Source of the DNA: Eutreptiella sp. 'Long Island Sound 2002'
Lineage: Eukaryota > Protista > Euglenida
DNA: 64,000 nt
NCBI GenBank assembly: GCA_964036045.1
Contig: OZ038378.1
Span: 11,408,001 to 11,472,000, forward strand
Reading direction: 5' to 3'
The position numbers and the translations under genes were made by a program. This document shows, piece by piece, positions 10,704 through 25,000 of the stretch. Position 1 is the stretch's first letter; each line of letters begins with the position of its first letter. The notes under the pieces were generated by a model. It saw nothing but the letters and a program-made list of their open reading frames with translations, was not told the DNA's origin and searched no databases.

Positions 10704-12972
10704 TTACAAAGGGGGGGGTGTACTCAAAATTGTTTCCCTTGTTGTATATTGGAGGAACAGATACAGATACGGGATACATAGCGTTCAGAGTCGTATCCCT
10801 GACCCAGGGATAATCTTGGCTGCCTTGGGAGACGAAGATATCAATGAACCAGTCCACAGAATGCTCAGGTGCTTAATGAGCCAGCCAACCTCTGTGTCAA
10901 ATGTGCCCCCCTCTCCGCCGTTTGATGGTAGTTGGCCCAGCAGCAGACGGCCCAGTCATGGTGCACCACGCCACCAGAGCACTCATAGATGATGAACCCG
11001 AAGTGAACACCACATTCTGAGGGACCCCGGGTCTTGGCATCCACAACGCCCCCCTCTGGGCGTTAGAAACAAACATCAGTGCCTATCGGGCACATGTCAA
11101 TGTGACCCACTTCCGTGGCAAATATTGTGTGTATCCAGGTAAGCCGCATAACACATGGTGCACCAATACTGCTGGCGACGGGACAACCCTTGGAAACTGC
11201 ATACAACTCCAAAATCCACCATTCTTATTCCCAACAGGAAATTGAAGCGACGATTCCGTCGCCCCCTTGAGGGAAGCGCAAGGGGGGGGGGAGGGGGGGA
11301 TACCATTCAAAGTGTAAAGGGAAGGGGGGGGGGGTCTAGGTGTGTACCCCGCCCCTCCCTTGCGCACGACCAGCAGTGTTTCACCGGTTGACCAGTGGGC
11401 GGTCGTTGGACAAAGCCATGGACACTTCTGCATCTGGAAATTGTTCTTTCGCCCGTGCACCTTCCCGACAGGCAAACCTCTTGACATGGCCATATACATC
11501 GACGACATTTCAGTGAAATTGCCCACAACTCGTCCCACAGCCATGAAATCGGAATTATGAGGGCAGGAAAGGAGCGTCAGCAAAAGTGCCATTGGACCCG
11601 GGGAGGTGGTCGTTGCACGCGGCAGTCGTTGCGCAAGGGGGGGGGAGGGGTCCAACAGCCCAATTTACACTTTGGATTTGGAAGCAGCCCATAACCATTT
11701 GTTGTGTGCCTCTGCCAGGGCAGTCCAGCCGTCTCATGTTGAGACAGTGAGTTACTCGCTCAAAAGTAATTGCCCTATGTGACACCCATGAGGCCAAACC
11801 GATAGGGCACAAAAGACCGGGGTAACAAGGGAAAACCAGTTTGAATGGGGAACACACAGGTACCAAATGCATACACACCACACGGAGTAGTTTAGAATCG
11901 CGCAAAGGGTTTTTCGGGGTCCTGAAACTCAATGGGATTGCTGACGTCGTACAGTTATCCGGAAACAGCGCTCAGGAGGGGGAAAGACCCTAAAACTCGC
12001 TATGTTACAGTACACCTTTTTTTGGAAAAGGTTTGCGCAAGGTCGAAAGCATCGAAAGAGCTCCGAGTGCGGGGTTTTGGTTCGACTCATCCAGAACGGC
12101 AACTGTATATACCCCATGCCAACCGAATTTATAACGTCCATCTGACATTCAACGCTTCCTTGTTCCTGGTTCTGATGTGTCAGACACCCTCCAAGCAGAG
12201 ATGATGGCACAACGCTCTTGCCACAGTTATGGGCTTGCAATGCATCAAAATGAAGCTGTGGGGCGGGGGGGGTTGGAGGTCCGGTGCATCATGAGTGTCA
12301 TGGCTATAAGCGACAAATGCAACCCACTGGACAGAGAGAAAACTGGCATTGAACGACAAGCGCTGGATGCGGCAGCAGATATATTGAATCAGCAGGGACT
12401 CGAGAGTTCCTCCCAGTCGGATTCCGTCCCTACGCTCTGGCCGCTGTCAAGCACGGCTTCTTCATGTGTAGAAATTCTGACAGACCCGTTGTAGGCGTGC
12501 AGTTCCAGCCCCTCATTGGCTTCCTGATGAATTACTGGCGAGTGAATCGGCAGCCCTGCGTGGGCGCTGATGTGCCTCGGTCATCATCTGTGTCTTGGCG
12601 AGAATCAGAATCCGCAGGGGTCAGGGGGTACAAGACTCTGGTTTACCCCAGAATCCGCAGAAGGGGCTGCAGCAGAAACGGCGTTTTAAGTGTAGAGGTT
12701 CTGGGTGGGCGGGGCATCACACGGCGTTTTCAAGATGCGAATGCTCGCAGACCGAAATGAGCGGCAGTCGTGCGCCTTAGAGACCCACAAATGAGTGGCG
12801 GCTTTGAGGGAGGGACCAAACAGGCCATCGCCCGAACAGTTTGGCCAAACGGGTGGCCACTGGTCGCAGCAGGCGCCGCGGATGCATTCCCCTTCCGCAC
12901 CGCCTTCGCCTCCTGCGCCTTCCTTTCAGATCTCGAGCGGAATGGAGGGGCCTTGAGAAGGGGATGTGGGGA

Positions 12973-13482
12973 CACGGTTTACCACTGATTCGTCGTTGTT
13001 CATCGTTGTTCGTCGTTGTTCGTCATGCAACAAAGGGGCAATTTGCAGGGTTTGTTGGTGAACATATCTTAGTGCGAAGACAAAATGGCACTGTGGACCA
13101 CACACATTATGAGCACAGTCCACTACCAGCCACACTGTGCCACGTGTTGACAAAAAAAGACAAAAAAAAGATGGAACCATGGGGCAAAGCAGCAACACCG
13201 AACAACATGGAATTGCTCTCGGCTTGGCCTCAGGGGCATCCTCAGGTTGAATGGTGTGCTGTGATGCCATAACTAGGGAAAAAGGGGGGGCGAGGGAGCA
13301 CCAAGAGTGGCAGCCAAACCTAACTTGTGGCTGAACGTGACTGAGTTGTGCATCTGCCGTTTCGGGTGATTCGTCGTTATTCGTCGTGAGTCGTCGTTGT
13401 TCAGAAAAAGCGATTTCGCTGTCATTTGTCGCTGTTCGTCGTTATTCGTCGTTATTCATGTACGAATCAGTGGTAAACCCTG
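12973..13482. mobile_element. MITE of about 510 bp with CA(C/G)GGTTTACCACTGATTCGT terminal inverted repeats
   Basis: GGTTTACCACTGATTCGT (12976-12993) is the perfect reverse complement of 13462-13479. Subterminal TTCGTCGTTR repeats occur at both ends. No clean TSD was seen. Confidence 0.75.
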
Positions 13483-13654
13483 CTGGGGCGGGGGGAGAGG
13501 GGGTCAGAAAGGGGCTCGACAGGCCAGGCCCAAAAATGGCCAACATTCAGGTGGCCAACATTGGTGAAGGGAGCATAAAAAATGGTCAGCGGAACAACGG
13601 TCTATGCAAAAGAAAATTAGTTTTCAGGCGGAGGTTGCAATTCAGGTTTGTGGG

Positions 13655-14045
13655 TCAGGTCCGCGAAAGAGGAGAGGAGGTCCCACGATGGGGATCCGAG
13701 GCGGCCGCGATTTGCATTTGCCATGTCGGCCCCGGGACCTCGATGTCCTGTGTGACGGTACGGGGGACTCCCGGCAGATCTGCGCGCTCCCCCAAGATGT
13801 CGGCGATCAGGTCGTCTGATACGTGGCAGATCTTCGGCACGGTCCGTATGCTCCCCGCCGACGTTGGGGCGGCGTTGGACGTCCGACCGGACAGAGTCGG
13901 GGGACTGGGCGGCATGCTGCTGGTGCGAGTGAGCAGGGCCATCGAGGAGGAGGACTGCAATTCGGTGCTGAGCGCCGTGCTGCTGCTGCTGGTCGACACA
14001 GCGTCGACGCCGCGTGCCGACTTGCCATCGCGGCGCACCTCGAAC
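13655..14045 (-). CDS. Cyclase exon 7 (Ser/Thr-rich C-terminal tail, stop TGA)
   Basis: Acceptor CCCTCAG|G completes the phase-2 Trp codon (TG|G) from exon 6. The frame is open through FEVRRDGKSARG…SSPLSRT*. Confidence 0.75.
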
Positions 14046-15992
14046 CTGAGGGCAAACCAGAGAATGGGCTGAGCTTCGGGGAAACGAAGCACAGAGAACA
14101 AGGCATGGTGATGAGGCGAGGCAGAGGCAGAGACAGAGACAGAGGGCATAGGCAAGTGGTTACGTGATGATGAGATGACCATTGCCAGACAGAGGGAGAA
14201 CAAGAAATGGTGCAGGCACAGCCCCAAGCGAAACGCACAGCAGAAAGCGAGAGAGCGGTGGAGGCGCGGAAAGGCGGGCGCAAGAGGAGGTGCCGGGACA
14301 CATGAAGAGGGAGATAACGCTCGACACCCTCCGGCCCTCGGGGTGTGTGGGGGAGGGGAGTTTGAGGATGCGTGTCTCATTGAGGCCACATCAGAATCTC
14401 TTTGCCTAAAAATTGTTCACTTTCATCTCTTGAAAAAAAAAAAAAAAAAAGCGGCGGCCGCGGGTCCGGAGTTTGTAGGGACTGATCACTGGCCCTGCCA
14501 TTCGAGCGCAACGCACAAGCAACGACCTGTCGCCAGGCCTCGTTGCCAAGCTTCAGGTCACAGATGTGAAGGCTCTGCTCCCTTGCACGTGTGCATGTGC
14601 ACGAGAGCCCGAGAGCGTTGACGACCCCACTACGAAAAGCGTGCCGGACGGCGTGGCCCTGATGGGACACGTCTGTTGGACCGGCCTTAAGGAGACAGGG
14701 GACAGGGCTTCTGCATCTTGCACAAGCGCACGCTTTACAGTCCCTTGCAGTACCATTGAATGACCCACAAGCATCCACTCCGGCACAGAACCACTTTCAA
14801 ATGGTTGGGAAGCTCCCTTGACCAACCCATCGACCATCCCGTCCTCACGCTATGTGGCCCACGGGCAGCGCAAGAGGTTCAGCGGGGTTGAAAGCCCAAA
14901 ACCAAAAGCCACCGTGTTCAGGCGGGAGTGCTGTCGGAAATGCACTGTACGACGCGTCGGGGCGTCGTACAAGGTGTCGGGGCCCGACGCGTCGGGAGCG
15001 TACGACGCGTCGTACAGTGTCGTACAAGGCGTCGGGGCCCGACGCGTCGGGGATGTACGACGCGTCGTACAGTGTCGTACAAGGTGTCGTACAGCACCGA
15101 CACTGTACGACACAGTACGACACGGTACGACACAGTACGACACAGTACGACACAGTACGACACAGTACGACACAGTACGACACAGTACGACACAGTACGA
15201 CACAGTACGACACAGTACGACACAGTACGACACAGTACGACACGGTACGACACGGTACGACACAGTACGACACAGTACGACACAGTACGACACAGTACGA
15301 CACGGTACGTCACACACAGACATATACATATGTAGACATATAAACACATGTAAATGGAAAAAAAAACAGATTGGTCAGAACGGGGCAAAATGGGTCCAAA
15401 TGCGTTTCCATTTTGGTCAAAACAGTCCAAAAGGGGAAACCTCAAATATTGGCACTTCGCGTCTACAACATGCCGACAATGTCTACAATTAGCAAGCCGC
15501 ATCTACCTGTGGTGCACAGTGTCTACAGACCCCAGACCGCCCACCCCCTATATGCGGGTAAACGATTGAAGCGGACCGTTTTGGGGGAAGGGGGCCTTCG
15601 GCCCCCTTCCCAAATATTGGCACTTCGCGTCTACAACATGCCGACAGTGTCTACAATTAGCAGGCCGCGTCTACTTGTGGTGCACAGTGTCTACAGACCC
15701 CAGACCGCCCACCCCCTATATGCGGGTAAACGATGGCAGCAGACCGTTTTGGGGGAAGGGGGCCTTCGGCCCCCTTCCCAAATATTGGCACTTCGCGTCT
15801 ACAACATGCCGACAGTGTCTACAATTAGCAGGCCGCGTCTACTTGTGGTGCACAGTGTCTACAGACCCCAGACCGCCCACACCCTCTGTGCGGGTAAACG
15901 ATTGAAGCGGACCGTTTTGGGGGAAGCCAAATATTGGCACTTCGCGTCTACAACATGCCGACAGTGTCTACAATTAGTCTACAGTGTATATA

Positions 15993-16046
<54 letters not shown>

Positions 16047-19000
16047 CATACATACATATATATACATATATATGTCGTACGACACTGTACGACGCGTCGT
16101 ACTGTGTTGTACTGTGTCGTACTGTGTCGTACTGTGTCGTACAGTGTCGTACTGTGTCGTACTGTGTCGTACTGTGTCGTACTGTGTCGTACTGTGTCGT
16201 ACTGTGTCGTACTGTGTCGTACTGTGTTGTACTGTGTCGTACAGTGTATACATACATACATATATATACATATATATGTCGTACGACACTGTACGACGCG
16301 TCGTACTGTGTCGTACTGTGTCGTACTGTGTTGTACTGTGTCGTACAGTGTCGTACTGTGTTGTACTGTGTCGTACTGTGTCGTACTGTGTCGTACTGTG
16401 TCGTACTGTGTCGTACTGTGTCGTACTGTGTCGTACCGTGTCGTACTGTGTCGTACTGTGTCGTACTGTGTCGTACCAGCGTCGTACGACACTGTACGAC
16501 GCGTCGTACAGTGTCGTACAGTGTCGTACAGTGTCGTACAGTGTCGTACAGTGTCGTACAGTGTCGTACAAGCGTCGTACGACACTGTACGACGCGTCGT
16601 ACTGTGTCGTACAAGGTGTCGGGGCCCGACGCGTCGGGGATGTACGACGCGTCGTACAGTGTCGTACAAGGTGTCGGGGCCCGACGCGTCGGGGATGTAC
16701 GACGCGTCGGGAGGTGTCGGGGCCCGACGCGTCGTAAAATCCCTACTTCGACAGTAGTGCAGGCGGGGCCATTCTTGGGTCATGCTCCTACACATCGTGA
16801 GCAGATTGTGAACAGATGGGTAAACGAGGTGAGCAGCAATGGGTAAACTTTTTGAGCATTTTCATCATTTTAAACGTGCAAACACCTGCAAAAAAAAACG
16901 TGTTTTTCAATTTTTCATAAACGCGCGCCTGAAACTTGACCCTGGCTTTCAGGAACTGTCTAGGAACAGCTCAGGGGATTTTTAGGATTTACGCAGGAAC
17001 AGCACAGAGCGATAGAATGTTCCTCACAGCAATCAGAACAAGCACAGGCCTGCAGCCTGTGGAATACACACCAGTCAAATCGGGTGCTGATGCGGAAAGG
17101 CAGAATGTGGTAGATATCTGTCTCCTCGGCGATGCCCTTGAGATGGAAGGCGCCCCGCTTCTGGATCAGGAATTCGGACTCGGTAGTAATGTCGTAGCTC
17201 AGGGCGTCATGCGTCGTGGAGTCGAAGCAGACCTCCCCCGCCAGGGCCTTGGCGTGGGTGCGGGCTGCGCGGTTTACTAGAGTGCCAAAGTAGTCCATGC
17301 GGTCGGACGTCGGGTTGAAGGCGAACCCCGTGGGCACGCCGGTGCACATCCCCATCGCAATCCCCGGGCCGCACACTAACAGCGTCCCGTCCGAATTATG
17401 GCGCGGTGCCATGCGCTCCAGCAGCAGGGTCATGGGGTCCCACTCGATCTCCAGCAGCGCCTCCGTGATACACATACTGAAGCGGATGGCGTCGTCCGCC
17501 TTCTGGAAAACTAGCAAGAACTTGCCGGCCTCCCCCTTGCACTCGTACCCACGATGCTCCACGAGTTTGCTGCGCATGAGGCTGTCCACCCTCTCGAGCT
17601 CACGTTTTTCCAGGAGCTGCACACATACGCGTTGGCCAATGTGTGGGTCTCTCTCTTCGGGGGTATAATGGGGTTGGGGGTTACCCTTCGCCCAGAGCCC
17701 TCCCTCTGATGGCAATACCCTGTCACCCAAACCTCGGCTTGGTCAAACGGTTACACAGTGCCTTAATGCCATTTCGTCACCATGCTGGAGCCCCCCTCCA
17801 CTGCCATCTTCCATGGAGTACAGAAACATGACCTTGCAAGGCATACTGAGCGGTCACTGCAATACACTATCATCAGAACACCAGCATCCACAAGCCGGAT
17901 CAGCTACATGTACAAGTGGTAATGCAAGGGCATACCACCAACTAGGAATGCTGAAGCCCACACAGTGTGCAAGGCGCCATGCGGTAGTTGCCATGCAGTC
18001 CAGAACTGCCTGGTTGGGCGAAGGAGAAATTGCCCCAAGGGGAACAGGGGTTGCATGAGCTTCTTTGTTAAGACCTCCAGGGTACCCCAAGGTGGGGCTC
18101 TTCTGTAAGCGGCCATTTTGTCCGTCAGTGGCTTTGGTGGTGGTGGTTTGCGTTTACGGACACGTTGGTTCCCAGTCATTTCCGGCTGTTCTCAGTGACA
18201 GCACTCCCATTGCGACACAGCAAACGCATGCCAGGAGGGATGTGGCCTATGGCCTACAGATTGTTTGTTTGGGTGTTCGTTCTTGTGAATCAAAAATCAA
18301 AAAGCACACAAATACCCATACAGGTTGGCCAAAACCCCTCATCAAGCCTGATTTTTTCAGTTGTGTCCAACAATAATTGAAAGTAGGCCAAACAGTAGGC
18401 CACAAAAAAATTAATGGTGTTTGTACATTGTTTTTTGAATTGCCAGATTCTGAGCAACCACCACCATTTATAGGTCTTTGTTCTTGATTTTTGCATTGAC
18501 TACTCATAACCTGTGTCAAGTCTGAGTCACAGCCGGATGAGCTAGAGCACTATCGAAGTACAAGCTGAGCTGTAACCTGAACTGGAAAGACTTCTTGCTA
18601 TTTAGCTACTTTCTACAATGGCATGAGCTGGGACATTACGAAGGTTTTGGGCTTCAATTGCGCTGTTCACACAATCAGAGCAAACCCACTCACTATCAGG
18701 GACGTCAAAAGAGGATGATGAGATAGATTATGATATCCGTGTGCATTAGAGCAATCCCATTCACACACAACAATATCATTTCCCTCAGTCCCATCTTCAC
18801 TAAGACACGAAGCAGTCAACATCTTGATCCTCATCCTCAGTCTTCTTGCATTTATTGTTTTGAAGAATAGCTTGTGCTTCAGGTTGCAAGATAGTGGACT
18901 TGCAGATAATGCGAATGTCATACTTGAGAGCGCAGTTGCTGGTAAGTTTGTTTGACAATTTGCATCAGCATCTGTAGGGCATTTCACAAATTTACACATG

Positions 19001-22000
19001 CTTTACCAAAAAGAAAAAAAACAAAGGCCCTACCACCCCGTCAAAAAAAGTTGCCCAAAGCCGCTTGACAGAACAGCCCATTTTTTCAACCACCCCAGAG
19101 GGGCTCATTCAACCCCACCCCTTGGATTTCCAAGCACCTGTGCTTGCCATCTCAACATGATACCTCAATGGAGGAGATGTGCACCAACAGCGTGAGGTGT
19201 GTGGGTCCATCAACCAAGCATAGTTGTGGTCATAATCTGTCATCACATGGTTGGGCCACTGGAACCAATGAGCTTTTTTTCTTTTGTTGGACCGCAGAGA
19301 TAGACGCACGATTGCTCCAGCTAGCAAAATAGCATGGAGGCAGCACCTCATCGCTCGCCAGGTTGGTTGCTTCGACACTCACTACCGCAAGCAAACTGTG
19401 TCTCTGCCAAAAAAAAAAATCTTCCCTTAGCAGCGTACCCAGACCACGAAGAGTGGCCGAAGGCACTTGGATGATCTGTAGTGGCAACTGTCCCCCTTTC
19501 AAGGCTCAGGAACAACAACTAGAACACAAGAACACATGTATGGATGAAGATGTGACTTGGACCTCTTTGCCTGCCAATGCTATGCTAGTTATCCCAATTC
19601 TGTTGTGTACATGCGGGTCCACATGGAATCATCCTGAATTCCGTCACATTCTCTCTGACACTGCACTGGTGTAATCTTGCAGCATTGGCTGGACAAATGG
19701 GCTGGTTGACCCCCTCTAACAGACCAACAGACCAAAGCTGGTGGCTTGCTGCAAGGATTTGAGTGTGGTCCTGTACATATGGCTTTCCAGAGCACCTCAA
19801 AGATATCACATGCATCAACCTAGACGATATTCCCATCTATGTGCAACAAGCTAGGGCCCTCTTGAAAATTCTAGTGGACGTGATGCAGGCGCTTTCTTTG
19901 CCTATCCGAGTAGGAGTGCAAGACTGTGGAGTAAGGCTGCAAGGGCTTAATTGGAGATTTGATTGGTGGTATCGGAGCATGGTTGGTCCCCGCTGCATGG
20001 CTCTGAAGAGGGACGGGTCGGAAGAGGAGTGTGTTGCGAAACGAGAAGTTGAGAAAGATGGGAACAGCCCTGCACTGTATGGGCCCTTCCGCAACGGTGT
20101 GATCTTGCAAGCCAGGTCTAGAGATCGTGCGTCGATGGACCCCCTTTCTCCCCTCCACCAGACCTCGGGGGACAAAGCATATGTGTGGGTGAATTGGGGA
20201 GGGAAAGCTGGGCAAATCTCGCAGTACCGTCTTGTATCCTACTTGCAACCCATCCCGGGGCACTTCAATGAGAGGTGGAGAATTGAGAACCAGTTTGGAT
20301 ACCTACTACGCGGCAGGCCCTGACCAAGCGGACAGGCAAAATCTAGGCCACTGGTCCTCTTCCTCCTCCTCTGGTCAAATGTTTACCTTCGGTGCCCAGC
20401 TGATGGGAATCTGAATTTGCAGTGCAAGGGCTGCGTGCTCGTTGCGAGTCAAAGTCAGCCCCGCTCACGGCCCACCACTTGACTTTTTTTTTCTGACACT
20501 AGCAGAAATGCCGGACAAGAGAGGCACCATGAATCACAAGTGTCAGGCTGCCACACACGTACTCGGGCACACAAACGCATACCTTCTCCACAAGACGGGA
20601 GCTCTTCTCCCACGGGCAGCTGGTGAACAGGCATGTGACACAACCTACAGGAGGGCGCACCACCTCCCAGGCTGTCGTGTACCTGGGAGTCAACAGGGAG
20701 ACGCGGGCCTGGAGAGGCAGAGGCAGCACTGAGATCAGGGTCTGGGCGGTGGGGCTGAGTTGAGTCAAACTGGTGGGCGCACCAATGAGGTTTCCGTCGT
20801 TGAGCTCCACGCGCCCTAGGGCAGCCACATCCATCTGCGGAAGGCCTTCATGGTATTGTACTGCTGCATAAAGCTCCTGCGAAACCAGCACCTGCACAGC
20901 AATAATGACGCGGAGTGGGCTGGACACTCCCCTGTATGCAGTGATTCAACTCTGGACTAAAGGGAAGGGGGGGGGGGGGTATAATGGCGGCATGGGGGAG
21001 GGAGTTAGGTCCAGGGGGTCCAGAAAATTGTTTGTGCACTTTACTCGCGGCAAGGCAATTGCACAAAGGCACAGGCTTGGGGTCGCACAATGGATGTTGC
21101 TTGCCAACCAGACAGTTGTAGCTTGCCATCTGCAGCCAATAAGTCCTCGTCACTCATAGTGTGGACATCCACAGTGCACTCTGTGCATGCATCATTAATC
21201 AACTCAACCTCTCGCTCTGAGTCAAAGGCTGAAGCGGCTGAGCAGACCTCACCATCAAACATGTGAAGACTGTGGGATATGGTGGCAGAATAACAAAGGG
21301 GAATAGTGGTAGGGGGTTTGGGATCCTTTTCAGCGCACTTAAAGAGTTGCAAAGCCCTGCTCTTAGGAATGCTTATTGCACCGCAGGTGCACTACAGGCA
21401 CTACCGGCGCGTTGTAGGTGCCGCAACATAGGGGTAATTAGCTTTAGCGTACATTGTCAAGGAAATAAGCACCAAAAGAAAAAAGTTTTGCGCATGTTGG
21501 TGTGGAGAGACTACGACCCCGGCTCAATGTGCAAAGTGTGGTGGGGAATCCCACCCTTCTACTAGGGCATCCCCCCAATCAGAAGTAGCAGAGCCCCAAT
21601 GTCCTTCTCCCATACCCCTTTGACCAAGAAACATGTATGATTGTGCGTGAGTCCCCAACCGTGCTATGGTTGTTTGTAAGCGTACCGAGATGGAACAGCA
21701 CATGGTTGATGATGCCATTGGTTGACCCAACAAGGAAGTAGTCCCACAAGGTATGTGGAACTGAGGGTGCTCCTCTCAACAGTGTTGGGAGTGGGTGTCC
21801 TAGTTGCCAATCTCGTGATCACGGTCTTGGGGGCATTACCAGCCTACAGAATAGGCTAGTGTGGCTGTCCTTGTTCAGCCTTCCCTTGAAGCCCCACTTG
21901 TTCGCATGATGCAAGAAGTAGTCAAGAGAGACCCAAAAAACTTCTCACACAAGACAATCACATCTGTCAATATGGATCTGCCGTTGCACCTTCTTGAAGT

Positions 22001-25000
22001 CGAGGTTGTGCTTGAGGGTTTAGAGGAATCAAAAAAGGCCCTTGCGCAGATTTGGGTTTGGGCATTGTGTTGGCTGTGTAACGTTTTGCAACAAAGGGGA
22101 ACACTATGAATCATGGGTAGTGGCTCGGTATCCCTAGGCCACGGGCCCAAATGCTTAAAGTGACCACATAACCCCTCTCATCTCATGAACTCCAAACAAA
22201 ATGGCTACACAACCCCTACTGCCTCAGGGACTCCAAAGCGAAGAGGACTCAAAATGGATACATGGCATGTATTGTATTGGGGACGGGCAACAGGTGCATC
22301 ATTTGTGAAGGGAAGAGGCCCAAAAGGGGGAATGTAGTGAATAAATGTGAAAAAAATGGTACATGGGAACAATACACAAAAAGTTTCGATATGCATGCAC
22401 CCAAGCATCCCCGTTATATAACCCCCTTGCTGCTACCCCAAATGGGTGTGGGTCCATGAGCAATGCACTCCCTTTAGAGAGCACAGGCAAAGGGCACATG
22501 ATGGATCGCTCAAGGCACTAGATGGATCACAACAATCCCTCACGGTGAAATAGTGATGCACATCAACATGTAAGCCATAGCATCGGGGCCAAATGCTGCC
22601 CCTCCTTATATCCAAACCCCTCACCTAAGCAGCACTTGGGCCCATGACACACCAAGATGGGACTAGATGCTACGTGTTGAGGGGTAGCAGGATACTGTGA
22701 GTTGAGAGGTAGCAGCAAGCTACCACTCGTCTTGTGTCCCCAATACTGTGGAGATGGCGCCCTCTAGAATTTGCCATTGAAAATAGGCCCCGGAGCAGTC
22801 CATGGGAGCAAACAATGCTCTACTTTGTGAATGCCCGGATGTCTCCCAATCTAAATGTGAGAGGGGCAAATGTAGCACTCCTCTTGAAGAAATTAGACTT
22901 GCCAGTCTAGGGGGGGCAGGGCTTTCCCACATCTCAAACTGCAATCCACGGCCTTGTACAAGGCCGCCTCAATGTATCAGGTGGCCCTTGTCTAATGGAT
23001 GGCAAGAGCAACACTTCCCTCGCATGGTCCACATGACAATTAGCCTATCCGAGCTAGAGAAGAAAGTCATGGGCCTCCTCATCACCCACCTAGCGAAAGA
23101 CTTCGATGTCATTGCTCAAGATGTCCATCATGTGGTGGGGGCCCATAGGCCTTGCAGAAGGGGTCCACCTTATGTTGTTGGCGCTCCACATTTGGATATG
23201 TTGAACCATCGCCTTGGGTTTCCAAAAGGCACAATCCAAGGAGTGCAATTGCCCCCCCCCCCCCCCCCCCCTTCCCCACCCCCCTACAAGGATGTGGCGT
23301 ACCGGCCGCGCCCTAGCCCTAGGAACAGCAACAACAAACCTGCATCATTCCGACGACACCCATGATAGTACCCATCGCGCGCGCACACACACGCATACAT
23401 GCACACACAAACACATTGACGCATGCATGCATGCACATGCGCACGCCCACAGATGCACACACATGCACGTATTCACAGGCGCGGATGCAAGCACATGGCG
23501 ACACCATCCCATGCAAAGGATGATTGCATAATGGAATGTATGTTTTGGGGGTAGCGCACACCTCGGCTGTCTGTAACATTTTGTGTCAATCCAGCTTAGC
23601 GCTTCACAGGCACTGTTGCAAGCAATTGTGCCGATGAATGGCGCCTCCACGTGCACTGTATCATCGGCGCCCCAGCATGCTATTCGCAAGCATTTCACGG
23701 GGCACTCTGCGTTCATGTCCTGGTGGGCAGAGTTGCCTGCGCTTTTGCCATGCATAATTGGAAATCCATATGGAAATATCGACCAACAGATGCATGCACC
23801 ATTGTCCCTACCTATGAGGCAGTGCATGCAACATCCCTTGTCAAGAACAGAACGCCCGATGGGCCACATGTATACATGGGGTATGGGCATATGTGACATG
23901 CATTGCTGATCCCTTATCCTCCTTGCAGGTAGCATGCACGTGCCCCTAGAGTGCCTGCCAAACTGCTCGCAAAGAGCGCACATTGGCACCGTGTTGCAGT
24001 CAGTTATTGATACCAGTGATGTCCATCCAGACATCAGCATCTGAAGGAGAGCTGCGCCAGAAGCAACAAAGCCAAGCATGTGAGCACGGGGTGCACCTGG
24101 CCCCCCACACAGATCGTCCCAATCTGCCGTGTGGCGCTCAGCAGAGGGTCAGTCAGCAACTGGCCAATGCTGTTGCACTGCAGCACGCCGATGTGAGCGG
24201 ACATGCGCACACGCAGCCCTGAGAACACGCGTTCCCCGGTCACGTACTGCACTTTGATGGCCTCGTGGCTGCTGCTCTGCATCTTCGGCGGCCACTTTGC
24301 CGCAAGGAGGCGCTCCTGCACCTCCAGGCTGAAGCGGATGGCATTGACGGGCTCCGTGAAGCAGAGGAGGAACGCGTCCCCCTCGGACAGCAACTCCGTT
24401 CCCCCGTGCGCCTGCAGCACTTCGCGTAGGCAGCGGTCGTGCACCTACAACAACAATTTTCAGATTCCTCGAAGCCAAAACGAATAATAAACTCGCGCAA
24501 TAGTTCCAAATGTGTATTACCTGATACATGTACTACTCAAGATGGGCATTGCCCAATACACACATCACCCAATACACACAGTGCCCAATATGTATTTTCC
24601 CTGATACGCATGTTAGCCAATACGTGTTCCCCAACAATGGCATGACCTGATAAGCCTATTGCCTACTACGGGTACTACGTACTATGCATATTAAATAAAT
24701 TACATGATACACGTATTACCTGATACACACTGCCACCTCACACCTGAGCATATGCAGAATGATGCGCACATGGCCTCATACGGGAACGGCGGGTATGGTC
24801 TATTACTGAACTGTGTAATGCAGGTCATATCAAATACGGGTATCAGCCAATACGGTCATTACCAAATACGGCTATTGCTCATTCCAGTATTACCTAATAT
24901 GCGTATTACCGAGTGCCTGAATAACCAAATACGGGCATTACCTGGTAATTTCCCAATACACGTATGAACCAATGCGGGTGCTACCTCATGCAGGCGTTAC

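Noticed and set aside
14845-16846. Many long ORFs (up to 491 aa) with YCVVLCRTVS or TVRHSTTQYD repeats
   Set aside because: They are artefacts of the stop-free decamer array, open in several frames on both strands, and lie inside a cyclase intron.
17854-18179. Extra linker exon between cyclase exons 5 and 6
   Set aside because: It is not needed: exon 5 extends to the strong donor AAG|GTATGC at 20583, already contains the start of domain 2, and splices in phase to 17616.
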